The notes: a model not told the origin generated them from the sequence alone. Shown: positions 37,742 through 51,130, counted from the stretch's first letter. The stretch: 64,000 bases of DNA from Carcharhinus amblyrhynchos (GCA_965287045.1 OZ336875.1:30442001-30506000); one strand, 5' to 3'. Translations and numbers: made by a program.

Positions 37742-37889
37742 TATGCTTGATTGCTTGATGTGGTGTAATGCCCCTCAAACTATAAGCCCCTGGGGACAGA
37801 CCAGTGACCTGTTCCAGGAATAATCATCTACGGAAACGGACGAAAGCCTGACTTATGCACTATCGGGCCAGAGAAGGTTGAGAGAGAGA
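37478..37889 (+). mobile_element. Composite SINE: HE1-like head, (GT)n, distinct tail, (GA)n
   Basis: The whole unit is bounded by the 11-bp direct repeat ggggaacttgg (37467-37477 and 37890-37900). Confidence 0.75.
37662..37738. repeat. (GT)n microsatellite, about 38 units
   Basis: Seen directly. Confidence 0.98.
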
Positions 37890-39053
37890 GGGGAACTTGG
37901 AAGTGGTCATCTTCCTGTGTACCCGCTGCATTGTTCATCTAGGGAGTAGAGATTGCAGATTTGGGAAGTGCTGTCGAAGAAGACTTGGCAAGTTGCTGCA
38001 GCATATTTTATAGATGACCCACACTGTTGTCATAATGCATTGGTCTTGGAGGGAGTGGATGTTTAAAGTGTTGGTTGGGATGCTAATGAAGTGGGTTGCT
38101 TTGTCCGGATGGTATTGAGCTTCTTGAGTACTGTTGGAGATCCACTTTGTAGAAAAATGGAGATTATCCCATCAAAATCCTGACTTGTGCATGTAGACGG
38201 TGAACAGACTCTCAAGTCAGGAGTCGCTTGCCACCAAATTCCCAGCTTCTAACCTGTCCTTGTATCTACAGTATTCATTTAGCTATTCTAGTTTCTGGTC
38301 AGAGGTGAGCCAGGATATTGATGGTGGGGGATTTGGTGATGGGGTGCCATTGAATACCAAGGGGAAGCATTTAGAACTGCTGAGTTGAGATTATTCTGGT
38401 GAACATTGGAGTCTTTTCATGTGGTGGGGGTTGCGGGGGGGGATGTTGGGGATGGAGCAAAGGATTGACATCATCCAGCTTGCTCTGACAGTTGGTGGTC
38501 TTTGAGAAATCCATCACTTGTGCCTTTCTGACCCACGAAATGGGAAGCAGCCTTTGAAGAAAAGGGAGAATTCATAAAAATAAATTCCACAGCCATTGAA
38601 CCTGCTAACCCATGTACCTGCCTAATGAATAACAGCTTTAACCTAATCAATATGACCATAAAAATAGGGCTGTTCTGCGGGAGTGCTTCATAGTCTCAAT
38701 GGGAATTGGCATGGGAAATGTAGGAAGACAAGTCACAAATATTGTATTACAATGCAGCACAAACTCAGGCTCTAACATGATGCAATAATGTTGGAGGAAG
38801 TAACACACAGGACTCCATGACCCCTACTCCCACCTTCCAAAGACTGTGCCTGCTGTCCAGTTAATGAGTAGAAATAGATTAAAGTACTTGTTGTGCTAAT
38901 CATACAGAGCTCTGGTTCATTCTGCAGGGTTAGGGTCAAGCACTGCTGTAATATGTGTTAATGAGATTTGATTGGATCCCTATGTTGGCCTATAAAAGCA
39001 ATTTGAAAAATTAGTAAAAGTCAACTATGTCAAATACTTCTTTTTATTCCACC

Positions 39054-39097
39054 CTACTGACAAAATGCTGTTTTTTTTCCCTTATTACAGGTAAGTG
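39054..39097 (+). other. Candidate recursive splice site (3' splice site fused to 5' splice site)
   Basis: ctactgac (branch point) aaaatgctg ttttttttcccttattaCAG|GTAAGTg, in unique sequence. Confidence 0.65.
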
Positions 39098-40106
39098 AAA
39101 TGTCTCCTGTGTTGTCCTGACTGCTATCTAACCCTCCTCACCCCAAACCACTAGCTGAACTTGGGAGAAATATCTCCCAATGGCATAATTGTAGTGAAAA
39201 TTTGAAAACTTGTCTTTCAAGTTTTCTTTTCAAAAACAGCTGGCACCGGCTGGGGAATTAAAAAAAAAAGAAACAAGAGTGAAGTTTGTTTAATTCCTTG
39301 TCATTGGGAAAGTATTGGATCCCAGAGCTGCATTGTATTTAGTAGTTGCTGGGATGAGTGGGGTGAAAGTTGCTTTTATGGACTCATTTATCCCCCCCTC
39401 TAAACTTCTGTGGCATCGGCTTTGCCACAAATACTTTCTCAGTGAAATCAGCCCCATTACAATAAAATGCTTTATTGTGCTTTTGGAAAGCGTCATGCAC
39501 AGGAAATCACAAATATAAATTCAGAATGCACAATTCAAGGTCTGTAGAGTGTATATCACTTAGACAGTCATTAGTCAGGCCAAAAATGGAATTTGTCTGG
39601 AATAACTCTCTTTTTTGGAGCTTGTAACTGTTGGAATAATTGGTAACTGCAATTGTGTGTTGGAACATTAATTAAATTAGACTGGTGTACAGTAGCTGGT
39701 GTGTGCTTTTTTGTTTGTTGAAATCCCCAAAAGAAAGGCTCTGTTAACCCTGCATTCAAGGCATCAGCTTTTTATATAAAATTAATATTTTACTAGGACA
39801 GCCTTAAAATCATTAGTTAATCTTAGTGACCTGTTAGCGAACTTCCAAATTTGGTGTGACGATGCATAGTCTATTTGTGAAGCTATAAAATAATAAGACA
39901 TTTCTATGTGACTACACAACACAAGTTATTAAAGTTTAATTTACTTTTTCATGCCAGAGTACACAGCAATGCAACCTCTGCGTGCCATGTGTTTTATCAT
40001 AAAGACATTAAAGTAGCATCTCTAGAGCTCCACAAGGTACTGTCTCCAGCTGTTAGGTAATAATTACCCAAGATTTACCCAAAAAATAACAACTAACATG
40101 CAAATC

Positions 40107-40530
40107 CTAGATGAGAAAGAAGAGATGCCTTTGAAAAAGAAAGATAGAGGGAAAAAAATCAGAAATTAAGAGACAGAAAGAGATACAAACAGTGAGAGGG
40201 GCAGTAAGATATGGCCAGAATAAAACAGAATAAAACATGCTGAGTATAAAAATGTTACAGTGAATAGGGCAAATAGTGAGGTAGATAACATAAGACACAG
40301 AAAGATGGAAGGAGACATTGAAAGTAAGACAAAGATATAGAAACAGACAGAAACAGAGAGTAATACAGGCAGCAGGGTATAGAGTGCAAGACAGAAAAAG
40401 ATACTGGAAAATAGATAATGAGGCAGACGGAGAGTAAGACTCAAACAGGCAGAAAACAGACTGAGACAGTGAGATAGTGGAATAGAAATTAGAAACAGAA
40501 AGGGACCGGAGTGATGAGTTAGAATAGAGT
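40107..40530. repeat. Purine-rich (AG/ACAG) decayed low-complexity tract
   Basis: Strong A/G bias with agacag and agaaa units; explains the spurious minus-strand ORFs. Confidence 0.8.
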
Positions 40531-42532
40531 ACATCTTGAAGCGTTGGCTCCACCTTGATCTTCTTTTTCCATTATCAGCCCACTCCTGAGCTCAGTATTA
40601 ATGTTGTTATCAGCACAATCCTCAGAATGCAGGCTCAAAACAAATGTGTTGAGAATAAGCACTTAGTTTGCGGAAGGGTCATATCGCGGTTCTAACCAAC
40701 ATTATAATATTAAGCTTACAAAACCTTAAAGTGAGGCAACAATGGCTGTTCCATGGATGACCACTATTAGGAGGTGCTCAGGTATGATCGACCATTAGAA
40801 AACTTAGACTCCACGACATTCCTTCATTTACTTCAAATCTTACATCTCAGAATCAACGTCAAGATGTCCTATACATTTTTAAGTCATGGAACAAACCTCG
40901 CAAGACATATGTGGCTGACCACACCCCGGGGCCAATCCAATATGTATTAGACCATTTCAGTGAAAGTTTATTTTCCGCACTGACGGTAAATATTCTTTTT
41001 GAAAGATATGGACAGTCTTAACCAAGTTTCCAATGGACATGGAACTAATGTACAGAATCATCTGCACTTAGGTTCAGGCTGTTTTTGGAAATCACACTCA
41101 TGCAATCATGATCACTTTCCTGAGGTTATGGTGAAGGTATGTTGCTGGAATTAAGGTATATAACTTGGATAAAGTAAACTTTGTGTCTAATATGTGAGCG
41201 CTCAATGGCTGCATTGAGTACTAAAAACAGAAATGTATTGCAATAGTAGCACCGAGACCCTAATCTTGATAAGCACAAATTCTACCCTGCAGTATTTTAT
41301 TTTGACTTTCCCTTCATTAGTAATAGTCTTATCACTCACAGCACCATTGCTCATGGTAGTTACACTCATTTGTTTGCTTCGAGCAGTAAATTCCTTCCAT
41401 AGAAAACAAATATACAGAGCATAGCAATGCACTCAGTTGTGCTTGTTGTGAAGTTTATGTTTATATTTCCTCGTCAATGCCAGACAAAACTATTAGATCA
41501 ACGGGTGCAATTCAGACGTCTTTACAAGGGCATCTTTGAAGTAACTGGGCACTGATACAAAAGAGAGGAGGGGGAGAGGATGTGTTTGAACCAGGAAATG
41601 ATTGGGACCCCAAGAGATGGCTGCTCCAGGCAAACCATATATAGCCTCAAAACGTGAAGTTAGCAAGCTGGTTTACTTATTCCGCACCCTTCCATACGTG
41701 GCGGTATCCCATAAAAATTAACATATCCAGCTTTTATAATACATTTCTAAAATATTTCATACATATACGACATCATTTTCTTTGAGCTCAAGGTTACATT
41801 GCAGGAGTGCAGGTGGTCGGGAAGAGTTGCACTGCATAGACTTACATACGAGCATAGGAACATGTGAGTTAGGAGAAGAATTGGGCCACTTGTATCACTA
41901 AATATTTCCATGGCAGCGAATTACTAGTGATCATTTTGAAGAGAGCTTGAGGGTTTCAATACGTTTCTGCAGAATATCATTATTCTGATGCATTCATAGA
42001 ATGGATTCCCCTTGCCCTTCTTGCAGCAGCACCACATTTTTTTGGGTTCCATAGTTGAGTATAATTGGGGTTTAGTAAACTCTGTTAAAGACTTTCACTT
42101 GGATCAATCTTAACCTCACATTTATTGATGCTGGAGTGATTGACTTACATATGCCTTTCCATATCTTAGAACACAAATCAATAGCAAGGTCTTTAGCCTA
42201 TACCTGACAAAGTGTCTTCACACAAGTGTCAAATCTTTCCCCAATGAAAAATTTATAGAGCAGTGAAACAAAGTGCTTACCCTTCTGATTAGTGATGGAT
42301 AGTTTTTATAATTCTTTCAAAATAGGTGGGCAATTTAAATAACCTCTTCCATGCTTTTTTTTTATAGCAGCACTCAACTCAAGATCTATGATCATATAAT
42401 TTAATTTTTGCCTGATATGTTTCAAGAGTGCAAGTAAATTCTCAATTAACCCTATTTCTGCCCACTCTTTTCAAATTACAGCCTTGCTCTGTGGCAAAAT
42501 GAAGATTATGAATATTGTGCCTTATAAACAAT

Positions 42533-42668
42533 GGCTGGAATTCTCTGGTTTTGCTCACCCTGCTACTGCTGCCAGCGAAAATGGAGAATTTGGCACGCAG
42601 TCAAATCTCCACTCACAGCAGCGGGAGCGGAGAATCCCAGCTGCAGGTGGGATTGGAGAATTCTGACT
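42533..42668. mobile_element. PIF/Harbinger-like MITE (family of 59953-60088)
   Basis: ggctggaattctc ... gagaattctgact flanked by AAT; interior matches the reverse complement of 59953-60088. Confidence 0.75.
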
Positions 42669-42669
42669 A

Positions 42670-43062
42670 ATATGTCCAGGGCTTCAGCATATAATCTAGG
42701 CAGACATTCTAATGCTGTAGTGAGGGAGTACTGTATTATTGAAAATGTCATCCTTTGGGTGGTATTTTTGGCCAATTCTTTCCAGTGATCCAAGATTCTA
42801 TGGTACTATTCAAAGTTTTCAAAGATGCCCCAGTGCCCTGAACAACATTCTTTCCTTGATCGATGCTTCCAAAAATAATTAACCATGCGGTTAATCATTC
42901 ATTGTTATAAATAGAATGTTAGTACATTCACAATGGCTGTCACATATGCCTCCTTGACAACAGCCAATAGATTGCAAAGTGATTAATTAATTGCATGAGA
43001 AATACATTGAGATACTTATGAGAGATGTAATAAGATGCTATGTAAATATTGTTCATTTTTCT
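42670..43062 (+). mobile_element. Diverged Deu-domain SINE
   Basis: taatctaggcagacattc...gtgagggagtactg...gatgctatgtaaat. Confidence 0.55.
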
Positions 43063-43332
43063 TTGAAAAATGCTCATGGCTATAACCAGTGATGCAAAAT
43101 GCTGCACTGTACAGCCAATTAATGCTTGGCAAAAGATGAATGATGCCATAGCATTAAGAGACAAAGCTTGGAATAAACACCAGTTTCCCAGCAAAAGGGC
43201 CAACTATGTTGTTCCTCCTACTACTGGGTGGGTGAAGTCTTCACAGAAAAGTGATTATTGCTAACATAATACTTGATGTTTATATGAGCAGAGCAATGCC
43301 CTAAACTGGAGTTTTTGCATGCAAAAGATTGA

Positions 43333-43588
43333 AAACTTATTTATTACTGTCACAAGCAGGCTTACAATAACACTGCAATGAAGTTACTGTGAAAATCCCC
43401 TACTCGCTACACTCCTGTGCCTGTTTGGAAATATTGAGGGAGAGTTTAACATGGTCAATGCACCTAACTAGCACATCTTTCTGACTGTTGGAGGAAATGA
43501 GAGCACCTGGAGGAAACCCAGGCAGACATAAGGAGAACGTGCAGACTCCACACAGACAGTGACCCAAACTGGGAATCAAATCCGGATC
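43333..43588 (-). mobile_element. HE1-like SINE, alternative tail
   Basis: Reverse complement of the 19201 family. Confidence 0.9.
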
Positions 43589-44846
43589 AAGGGCCATTTT
43601 GCAATTGCAGTGCAGGCAACATGGTACGCCAGAATAGGTGCTCAGAGTGTGCATGGCCATTATCATCACAGCATCATTAAATATTGTTGCTGGCATGAGA
43701 AAGGAGAAGAAGGAAACTTGGATTTTACACCTTGTTTTCAAGCAGTTAACATTTGCACAGAAGACATCAGTAAGGCCATTTAAGGGAAGGAACATGTCTC
43801 TGGTTGGAAGCCCAGTGTTCTAGCACTGTTGTTACTGACAGCAACCTTGAAACTTGCATGTTTACATGGAAAGAATCACTCAAATTCAAATTTGGCTATA
43901 CATCTTAAACAGTGACAATACATTGACTTATGAGTTAACTAAGTTAGCAGATTGTCAGATGTGGAATGAAAAACCCTCAAAATGTTAGCCAAACAAAGCT
44001 GTGAGGTAGCAGCTGGCTCTTTGTCTAATATCTAACAGCAAAGTACTGTAGTACATTTCCTTTGCAGGTTTCAAAATATGTACATTTCCTATCAAATAAC
44101 CTCTGCAAAAATAACACTTTGCAAACTGCTTTCCGTGAATGCTATGAAGAGGAGTTGTAATTTTTAAGTGCACAGAATATCTCTTTATTGGCAGTATTCT
44201 GTGGAATAAACCAAAATGCCTTCCCTCTGGTCTGAGGTAGATTTTATTCCCCTCTCCTCAGGATTATTTTTCAAAGTCAAGTCTCATTGAGATTCAGCTT
44301 CATATTTTGTTAGTTTTGTACGTTCAAAATAGTCGAAGCTAATGGTATAAACTCTAGCTCGGGACATACAAGAAACCCTCTCCAATTCAGATTCTGGTTT
44401 AGTCCGGAATAAATTTCATTAAAAGCCAGATTGAAAATGTGTCATCACAGATAAAGTTACAGCCTAATCCCCAGTCTCCTTACTCAGACCTTGCCACAAG
44501 AAAAATCATCAGATACCATGCAATGAAAATAAGCAGGTGATTAACAACCTCAGTGGAAATAAAAATCAGTCGAGATGTAAAACAGACAGACTTCCCTATC
44601 TACCCATCTTCCAGTGCTGCATAAAGTCAGAATTAACTTTCCACATTTGGAATGTGTGGGATCAAGCTAACACTGAGACATCAAGAGGTTTATCATCCAT
44701 TCTGCTGGTACCCTCCATTAATGACAATGGAGTCAGTTTAATAATTTTACGGCACTGTTGGTAGCAATACTCAACTGGTGCAGAGGGAGGTGAGAGGAGG
44801 ACAACTTCCTTCTGAACCTGTTCCTGAGCCTGGCCACATGTGTAAT

Positions 44847-44934
44847 ATGATGTGGAGATGCAGGCTTTGGACAGGGGTAAACACAGTAAGAAGTCTCACA
44901 ACACCAGGTTAAAGTCCAACAGGTTTATTTGGTA
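44847..44934. mobile_element. Truncated Penelope-like pLTR fragment
   Basis: atgatgtggagatg...cagtaagaagtctcacaacaccaggttaaagtccaacaggtttatttggta; stops before the ribozyme. Confidence 0.85.
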
Positions 44935-45164
44935 CCATAATACAAACGTGTAATGAACAGCGGGTGACTGAGGAGGTTCTGTATCAATAGGCCAGGGATA
45001 ATACCGCTACACCATTGCCTCCCCTAGTTTGACTTGCAGTAATGTTCTGCATTTATCTTTCCTGTATTGTCTATTATCTCTATTTCTTAATTCATCTCAC
45101 CCCTCTAACTCTTATCAATCTTGGTGATTTCTCGCACTATGGTATTTGGCCTCTCGCTTAGTTT

Positions 45165-45312
45165 AGAAACATAAAAACATAGAAGATAGGAGTGGAAGGT
45201 CCTTCGAGCCTGCTCCGTCATTCATCACGTTCATGACTGAGCGTCTAACTCAAAAGCCTAATCCTACTTTCTCCCTATAACTTTTGATCCCATTCGCCAC
45301 AAATGCTATATC
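45165..45312 (-). mobile_element. CR1 3' tail fragment
   Basis: agaaacataaaaacatagaagataggag...ccttcgagcctgctccg. Confidence 0.75.
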
Positions 45313-45509
45313 AATAAACTATGACCAGCTTCATTAGCCCAGCTTGGAAGGTCAAGGAATTTGGCTTTGTCAAAAGAAGCAAGTAGTTTGTGGAGGTCTA
45401 GCTGCCTGCTTTAATGCAACACAACTGTTTTGCATATGGTCACATCCCTGAGAGCAGAAAAAAGCTGGAAACCAGCTTCCAAAAGATAATACAGAGCTGG
45501 GAAACATTA

Positions 45510-45666
45510 AACAGTATATTTTTGACCAATAAGGGAATTAAGGGTTATGGGGAGCAGGTGGGTAAGTGGAACTGAACTGCTATCAGATCAGCCGTGATCT
45601 TATTGAATGATGGGGCAGGCTCGAGGGGCTGGATGGCCTACTCTTGCTCCTATTTCGTATGTTCTT
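45510..45666 (+). mobile_element. CR1 3' end fragment
   Basis: aagggaattaagggttatgggga...gatggcctactcttgctcctatttcgtatgttctta. Confidence 0.9.
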
Positions 45667-46305
45667 AAATTGAAACTGGAATCGCTACGATCATTCTAAT
45701 AAAAGACAGAAAGTAAACAAATAAGTCATTAAAGTAACCCAGCATGCTTTGGTATAATGCTTCTCCTGGTTTTAACTCTTGATTTTGATACAAGGGGACA
45801 GTTTTATCTTCTACCTTGCTATAAAGAAGGCCAGTGCTTCCTGCAATGGCAAGTCTGGGAGTGCACTGCATGGGAAGATTATAGGTGTCCTACAAGCCCA
45901 AGGTATGGCACTTCAGAGCATCAGATATTTGTGCCACAATATGACGAGGACAATATATTAATGGGTTAACAATTTGACTGGATAGTTTGCCATCTAAATC
46001 CTGACCTGTCAGGAAGTTCAAACCCATACCAGGTGGAAACGATGGAGACACAGTGGGTGTATAGTATCTGTGCTATTCGTTTTGATTCCAGATAAATATC
46101 CCCTAGTCATACGATAAACAAGCTGGTGACTAGCAATTGTGAAAATTCTTACTTTGGATTTTCAGGAGTTATTTTTGGATAGAAAGTGAAGTATTGTAGA
46201 ACAGAATCATCATATTACGTCAGGTGCAGGAAACTAGTCAAAGGGAGCAAAATGGAACATCGTAGTAGGAGGATGGCCACTGTTCCCTGTAGCCAAGAGC
46301 ACAAA

Positions 46306-46592
46306 AAGTTTAATGTTTGTTTGTTAGTCACAAGTAGGCTTACATTAACAGTGCAATGAAATTACAGTGAAAATCACCTAGTTGCCACCTGTTCAGGTAC
46401 TCTGAGGGAGAGCCTGGCCAATGCAGCTAACCATGTTTTTCAGACTGTGGGAGGAAATCGGAGCACCTGAGGAAACCCAGGCAGACACAGGGAGAATGTG
46501 CAGATTCCACACAGACAGTAATTCAAGCCAGGAATTGAACCTGGGTCCCTGGCACTGTGAGGCAACAGTGCTGATCACTATGGCATCGTGCC
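46306..46592 (-). mobile_element. HE1-like SINE, alternative tail
   Basis: Reverse complement of the 19201 family. Confidence 0.9.
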
Positions 46593-47356
46593 AGACATCA
46601 CCAGAGGAGTGGAGAGGATCCAACAACATAGATAAGACTAAGAAAGAGGTTCTACTGAGGGAGTATGAACAACGAGGTACTAAATTAAACAGCAGAATGA
46701 CAGAGGTAATAATCTCTCGTTATTACCAGAGCCACGAGCAAACTGGCAAAGGGTAATTTAAGATCAGAGAGTTAATACGTGGCTCAAAGATTGGTTTAGA
46801 AGAAATGGGTTTGAATTCATGGTCACCAATATGGACTAAATTGGATCTGTACCAATGGGACGGTCTTCACTTGAACTATGTTGGAACAAGAGTACTGGTG
46901 AATCATATAATTAGTGTTATAGAGAGGGTTTCAAACTATATAGTGGGGAGGATGTTTAGATGAAGGGAGATTTGGAAAGTTAACTAGAGAGGGCAAGACA
47001 TAGTGTACGGTAAAGACGCAGGTAATGAAAACCAGAGTGCGGCAGGAAAGCACAGCACAAACACAAGAGTGCACCAGCAAATAAGGTCAGGATAAGGAAA
47101 AATGCTAGATGCACAGAATTAAAGGCACTTTATCTGAATGTCTACCCCACATTCATATCAAGGTGGATGAATTCAAAGCACAAATAGAAATAAATGAGCA
47201 AAATGTAATAATCATTATAGGAACATGGCTGCAAAGCTACCACAATATTCCAGCGTATTTCAGAAGGAAAAGAAGAAAGTAAAAGGAAGTGGGGTAGAAG
47301 GAAATGTTAGGAAAGGAAAAGAAAATGAGATTTAAGATAAAGATGAAGAATTTCTT

Positions 47357-47482
47357 AGCCAGAATTTTACCGGCATGCTCATCCCAGAATCAGGGTGTGT
47401 GAGGCTCACAGAACGGAATTCTCTGCTGGCCTCGGGCAGGATTTTACAAGCCTCTCCCGTGTGAGGTCATAAAATACCGGCT
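47357..47482. mobile_element. PIF/Harbinger-like MITE (family of 22215)
   Basis: agccagaattttaccgg ... ataaaataccggct. Confidence 0.7.
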
Positions 47483-49489
47483 GATCTGTGAAAGGCTTGT
47501 TAGTCTTTAGAATTCCCTTCCACAGAGAACAGTTCAGGCTGGATCTTTGAATATATTTCAAGGCCGAGTTTGGAAGATTTTTGATTGACAAAGGCTTATG
47601 AGGAGCAGGCGGAAAAGTGGAGTTAAAGCCACAATTAGGTCTTACTGAATGAAAGAGCAGGCTCGAGGGTCTGAATGGCCGATCCCTGCTCCTATTTCTT
47701 ATGATCTGATTAGAAAAATGTGATGTGAGTTGCACTGGGTAGTTTGTGCATTTGAGGTGGTTTAAAGACATATCTGCAGGACATGTTTTCTATGAATGCA
47801 CAGCGTGAGTGCATTTCCCATGTTAGAAAGTGAAAGCTTTTTGTTATCCCACCTGTTGTGCCCAATTGGAACTGAACCCTGAATGCACACTCTGTGCAGC
47901 CTTCATAAATGACTGGTTACCTCAAGCTGATGGCTCTTGAAGAAGCACATGCCTGATCTTATTAGGAGTGGCACTTTTAAGGTTGCATTTCCAACTATTG
48001 ATAGAGAAAATGCTCTGAATTTGCGTAAAATTGCTCCAGATCATTGTGTGCTAAGGAGCTCCTGAGACTCTGCTGCTGGAACACATGGAGCTACTTCATT
48101 AGGAGAATCATTAATGGATATGTGTGCCACAGCACAGCCTTTTTAAGCAGCTGCTTTATGCTCCGAAACTGGCTAAATAAATACATTGAAGTCCCAAATG
48201 TGCCCTTGTCAATGGGAGATCTAAATGAATAAGCTAGAATGCTACTGAGTCGATCATTACATCTCACAAATAGGTAGAAAAAGGAATGCAAATATTTACC
48301 TCAGACTGCCCGCAGCCTGGCAGTGCACCTTATTAGCAGCATGAGCAACAAAAAGTACAGCAAAAAAAATACAATTTGCAAGTAACAGTTCAATGCAGTT
48401 AGAGCATTTAAGAAAATGAAATCCTTTGTAAAAATCTACACTTAGCAGTGAGACAATGTGAATAATCACAGTCACAAGACAAACTTTTTCCTGAGTCATC
48501 CTACTGGCCACCTTCACCTCACAGATCTCTAAAGAACTGAATAAGGCTTATTCTCTGCCAATGCTTTGTTGCCAGTTATTTTGTTTAAACTGTTATTCCA
48601 AGCACTCCACCTGTACTTCTAATTGAGGGTGCTGATGCAAAGATCATTAGTTTGGCCAATTTTTAATGAGGGAAGTTGACATGAAACAGTCCAGCAGCTT
48701 GTAAGTTGGATTTTATGTTAAAACGAAATTAATTCAAGCTAGAGACTCCTGGCAATTGCCAAATTTATTTTAAGACTTTTGGGGTTTTTTTTGCACTATT
48801 CCTCTTATCTGTCACCTTCTGCTGTCCCCTTCTCCCACTCGTCTCGTTTTGCCTCTTCGCTTCACTCCCCTTTGTTTCTTTTCATCTTTCATTTTCTCCT
48901 TTTCGAGTCGTCTCTCTGTATTGAATTATGTAGGACGTCAAAAACATTGAATGACAGCGACTTCAGAAAGCCCTCTCATCTTGTACCAGGTTGAAGCAAT
49001 TATACAAGTAAATCTCAGCCCACAAATGTCACAAATTGTAAAATGTTGATCTTTAGCCAAAACGTTGCTAATGAAGAATGGGAGAGTTATGTTTTAAAGT
49101 GATGCCAGAAAGTCATAAAAACATCAGAACCTGATCAGGTTAAAATAAGGACTAGAAATCAGCAGATGTTTTAATGGGTTTGAGAGTTTTACCACGTAGA
49201 GCATCCCTGCTACAGGTGATGTCATAAAGAAGTAAAAACATTTCAAGGTCCCCCAAACTGTCTAATTACTTTAAGAAAATCATGCTTAGTGTAGTAGCAG
49301 GTTGTACAGACCAGAAAATTCTTGATTCAATCTCCAGCTTATCTCAATTGGGGCAACAGTTGGGGTGCAACATTTGGCTTCAGTACAAATTAAAGAAACA
49401 AACAAAAGAGGAGTGAAGTGAAGAGGTAAAAACAGATCATCAGGACAAGGAGGCAGAAGATGCAATAAAAAAACTAACTCCTTTTTTTA

Positions 49490-49790
49490 CAAAGTTTGTT
49501 TATTAGTCACAAAGTAGGCTTATATTAATACTGCAATAAAGTAACCGTGAAACCATCACCACCCCCCCTCCCCCCTCCCAGGCACCTGTTCGGGTACACT
49601 GAGGGAGAATTTAGCATGAACAAAGCATGTCTTTCAAACTGTTGGAGGAAACCAGAGTACCTGGAGGAAATGCACATAGACAGAAGGAGAACGTGCAGAC
49701 TCTGCACAGACAGCGACCCAAGCCGGGAATCGAACCTGGGTTACTGGCGCTGTGAGGCAGCAGTGCTAACAACTGTGTGACCGTGTTGCC
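49490..49790 (-). mobile_element. HE1-like SINE inserted into an ancient SINE
   Basis: Reverse complement of the 19201 family; ancient SINE sequence on both flanks. Confidence 0.9.
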
Positions 49791-50659
49791 TTTGTTCCTG
49801 ACCATTGTTGAGCAATTTTTGCTGGAGGGCCTTAGGTGAGGAGAATAGAATTGAGCTTAGCACAAAGCCCAATATGGTCCAACAGCTTGCTGAGCACTGA
49901 CTGCTCATTGTTTACAGGTAAGCACCTGGCAGGTGTACCTTCTTCAGTAGAGTTCCAATGTGCTGAAGTTGGTTATAAACCCAAACTTCCAATGCAATAT
50001 GTGCTTCTGAACTTGCGGGGAGACAAATGTAACATTAATCTTGGGACTAATTAGCTGGATGTTTGTTAACGATGAATGCTATAGCAGTTAATGATATTGC
50101 CTCGTAGCAGTCTCCCTCTTCATTCCGAGTAAAGGAGAGTTGGCTTCATGCATGGGATTGAAATATTTGGTGAAAGTACTGATTTCCCCAAAGGATTTCA
50201 TAAATATTTAATATTGTTCTTTTAAGGATATATTATTTATACTCATGATAAATGCATATTCATGAAAATTTGCAAACTAATTTCTAATGTGCTCTCCAAA
50301 ATTACTTTTAAGTAAAAATGGATGTTGAGAGATACTTACATATGTTATATGAAATAGACTGCTTCTTTGTACTACATTATAATAACTTTGTGCCAAATGT
50401 GGAGTTTGGAATCATGTAGCAGGGTAAAAATTAAATGAATAGTGTAACGTTATTATCATGGTATAGAAGAAACTGAATGGTCAATTGATTCAGTTGAATC
50501 AAGAAGATTCTAAGTCTGATACCTGATCTATATTGAACTAATTGATTCCAATTTGGTTGTTGTAATAGCATCTTCATAATTTGCTTCCAAATTCCTCACA
50601 GGAAAATTACCATTAGCCAGAAGTCCCGATCAAGCTTTATATATATTGAACCCTGATGA

Positions 50660-51130
50660 AAATGCTTGGCGCTTCCCCTGAGGGCGGGTTGGCAAATGGG
50701 AGGTGGAGGATATAAAATTGAGGGCACCTACCTGCCACCCCGCTACAATTTTATGAGTGGTGAAGGAGATGTCGGGGGTTCTGCCTGCCAGGGAATCCAC
50801 AGCCATGATTGTTCCCATGGTGAGTAGAAGGAGGTCTGTGCCAATTGTGAGGGCTGGCAGTTTTCATTACTTCAGCTGATGGCAGCCAAGTGGAGGGTAT
50901 TATTCCTAACCAGGATACCCCCTTGAAAGGTGTTCCCCCACCTCTGCATTTCCCCTCCTTCCCAATAGCCTGCCCACCTTGACTCCCGCTCAACCTCCCT
51001 TGCCAGGGCATACCAGCTTGGCCCTGTCAAGATGCTTCTAACACTTATCTTCACTGCACCAATCACTATTGGGGACTGTTGCAGTTCTAGCAGTAGCCAC
51101 CACTGCCACTATTTCATTGGCAAAATTCCC
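50660..51130. mobile_element. GC-rich non-autonomous DNA element remnant
   Basis: GC-rich, ends ggcaaaattccc. Confidence 0.4.

Larger units (their letters stand above)
37258..38390 (-). mobile_element. Old LINE 3' region, interrupted at 37478-37889
   Basis: Reverse complement aligns with 51530-51810 (caagttcccc..., gggcaataaatgctggcc tail). Confidence 0.7.
46000..47705 (+). mobile_element. Degraded CR1: ORF1 esterase region, ORF2 start and 3' end
   Basis: GSNNIDKTKKEVLLREYEQRGTKLNSRMTEVIISR resembles the CR1 ORF1 SGNH esterase; ggacggtcttcacttgaac (DGLHLN); CR1 tail at 47490-47705; interrupted by a SINE and a MITE. Confidence 0.7.

Noticed and set aside
40107-40553. 148-aa and 122-aa hydrophobic minus-strand ORFs
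   Set aside because: Artefacts of a CT-rich low-complexity tract.
44740-45030. Targeting of Penelope-like insertions to the ancient SINE (also at 60710)
   Set aside because: Only two cases, at different positions in an abundant repeat; compatible with chance.
49897-49923. Second CAG|GTAAGC juxtaposition
   Set aside because: Poor pyrimidine tract and located inside a decayed ancient SINE.
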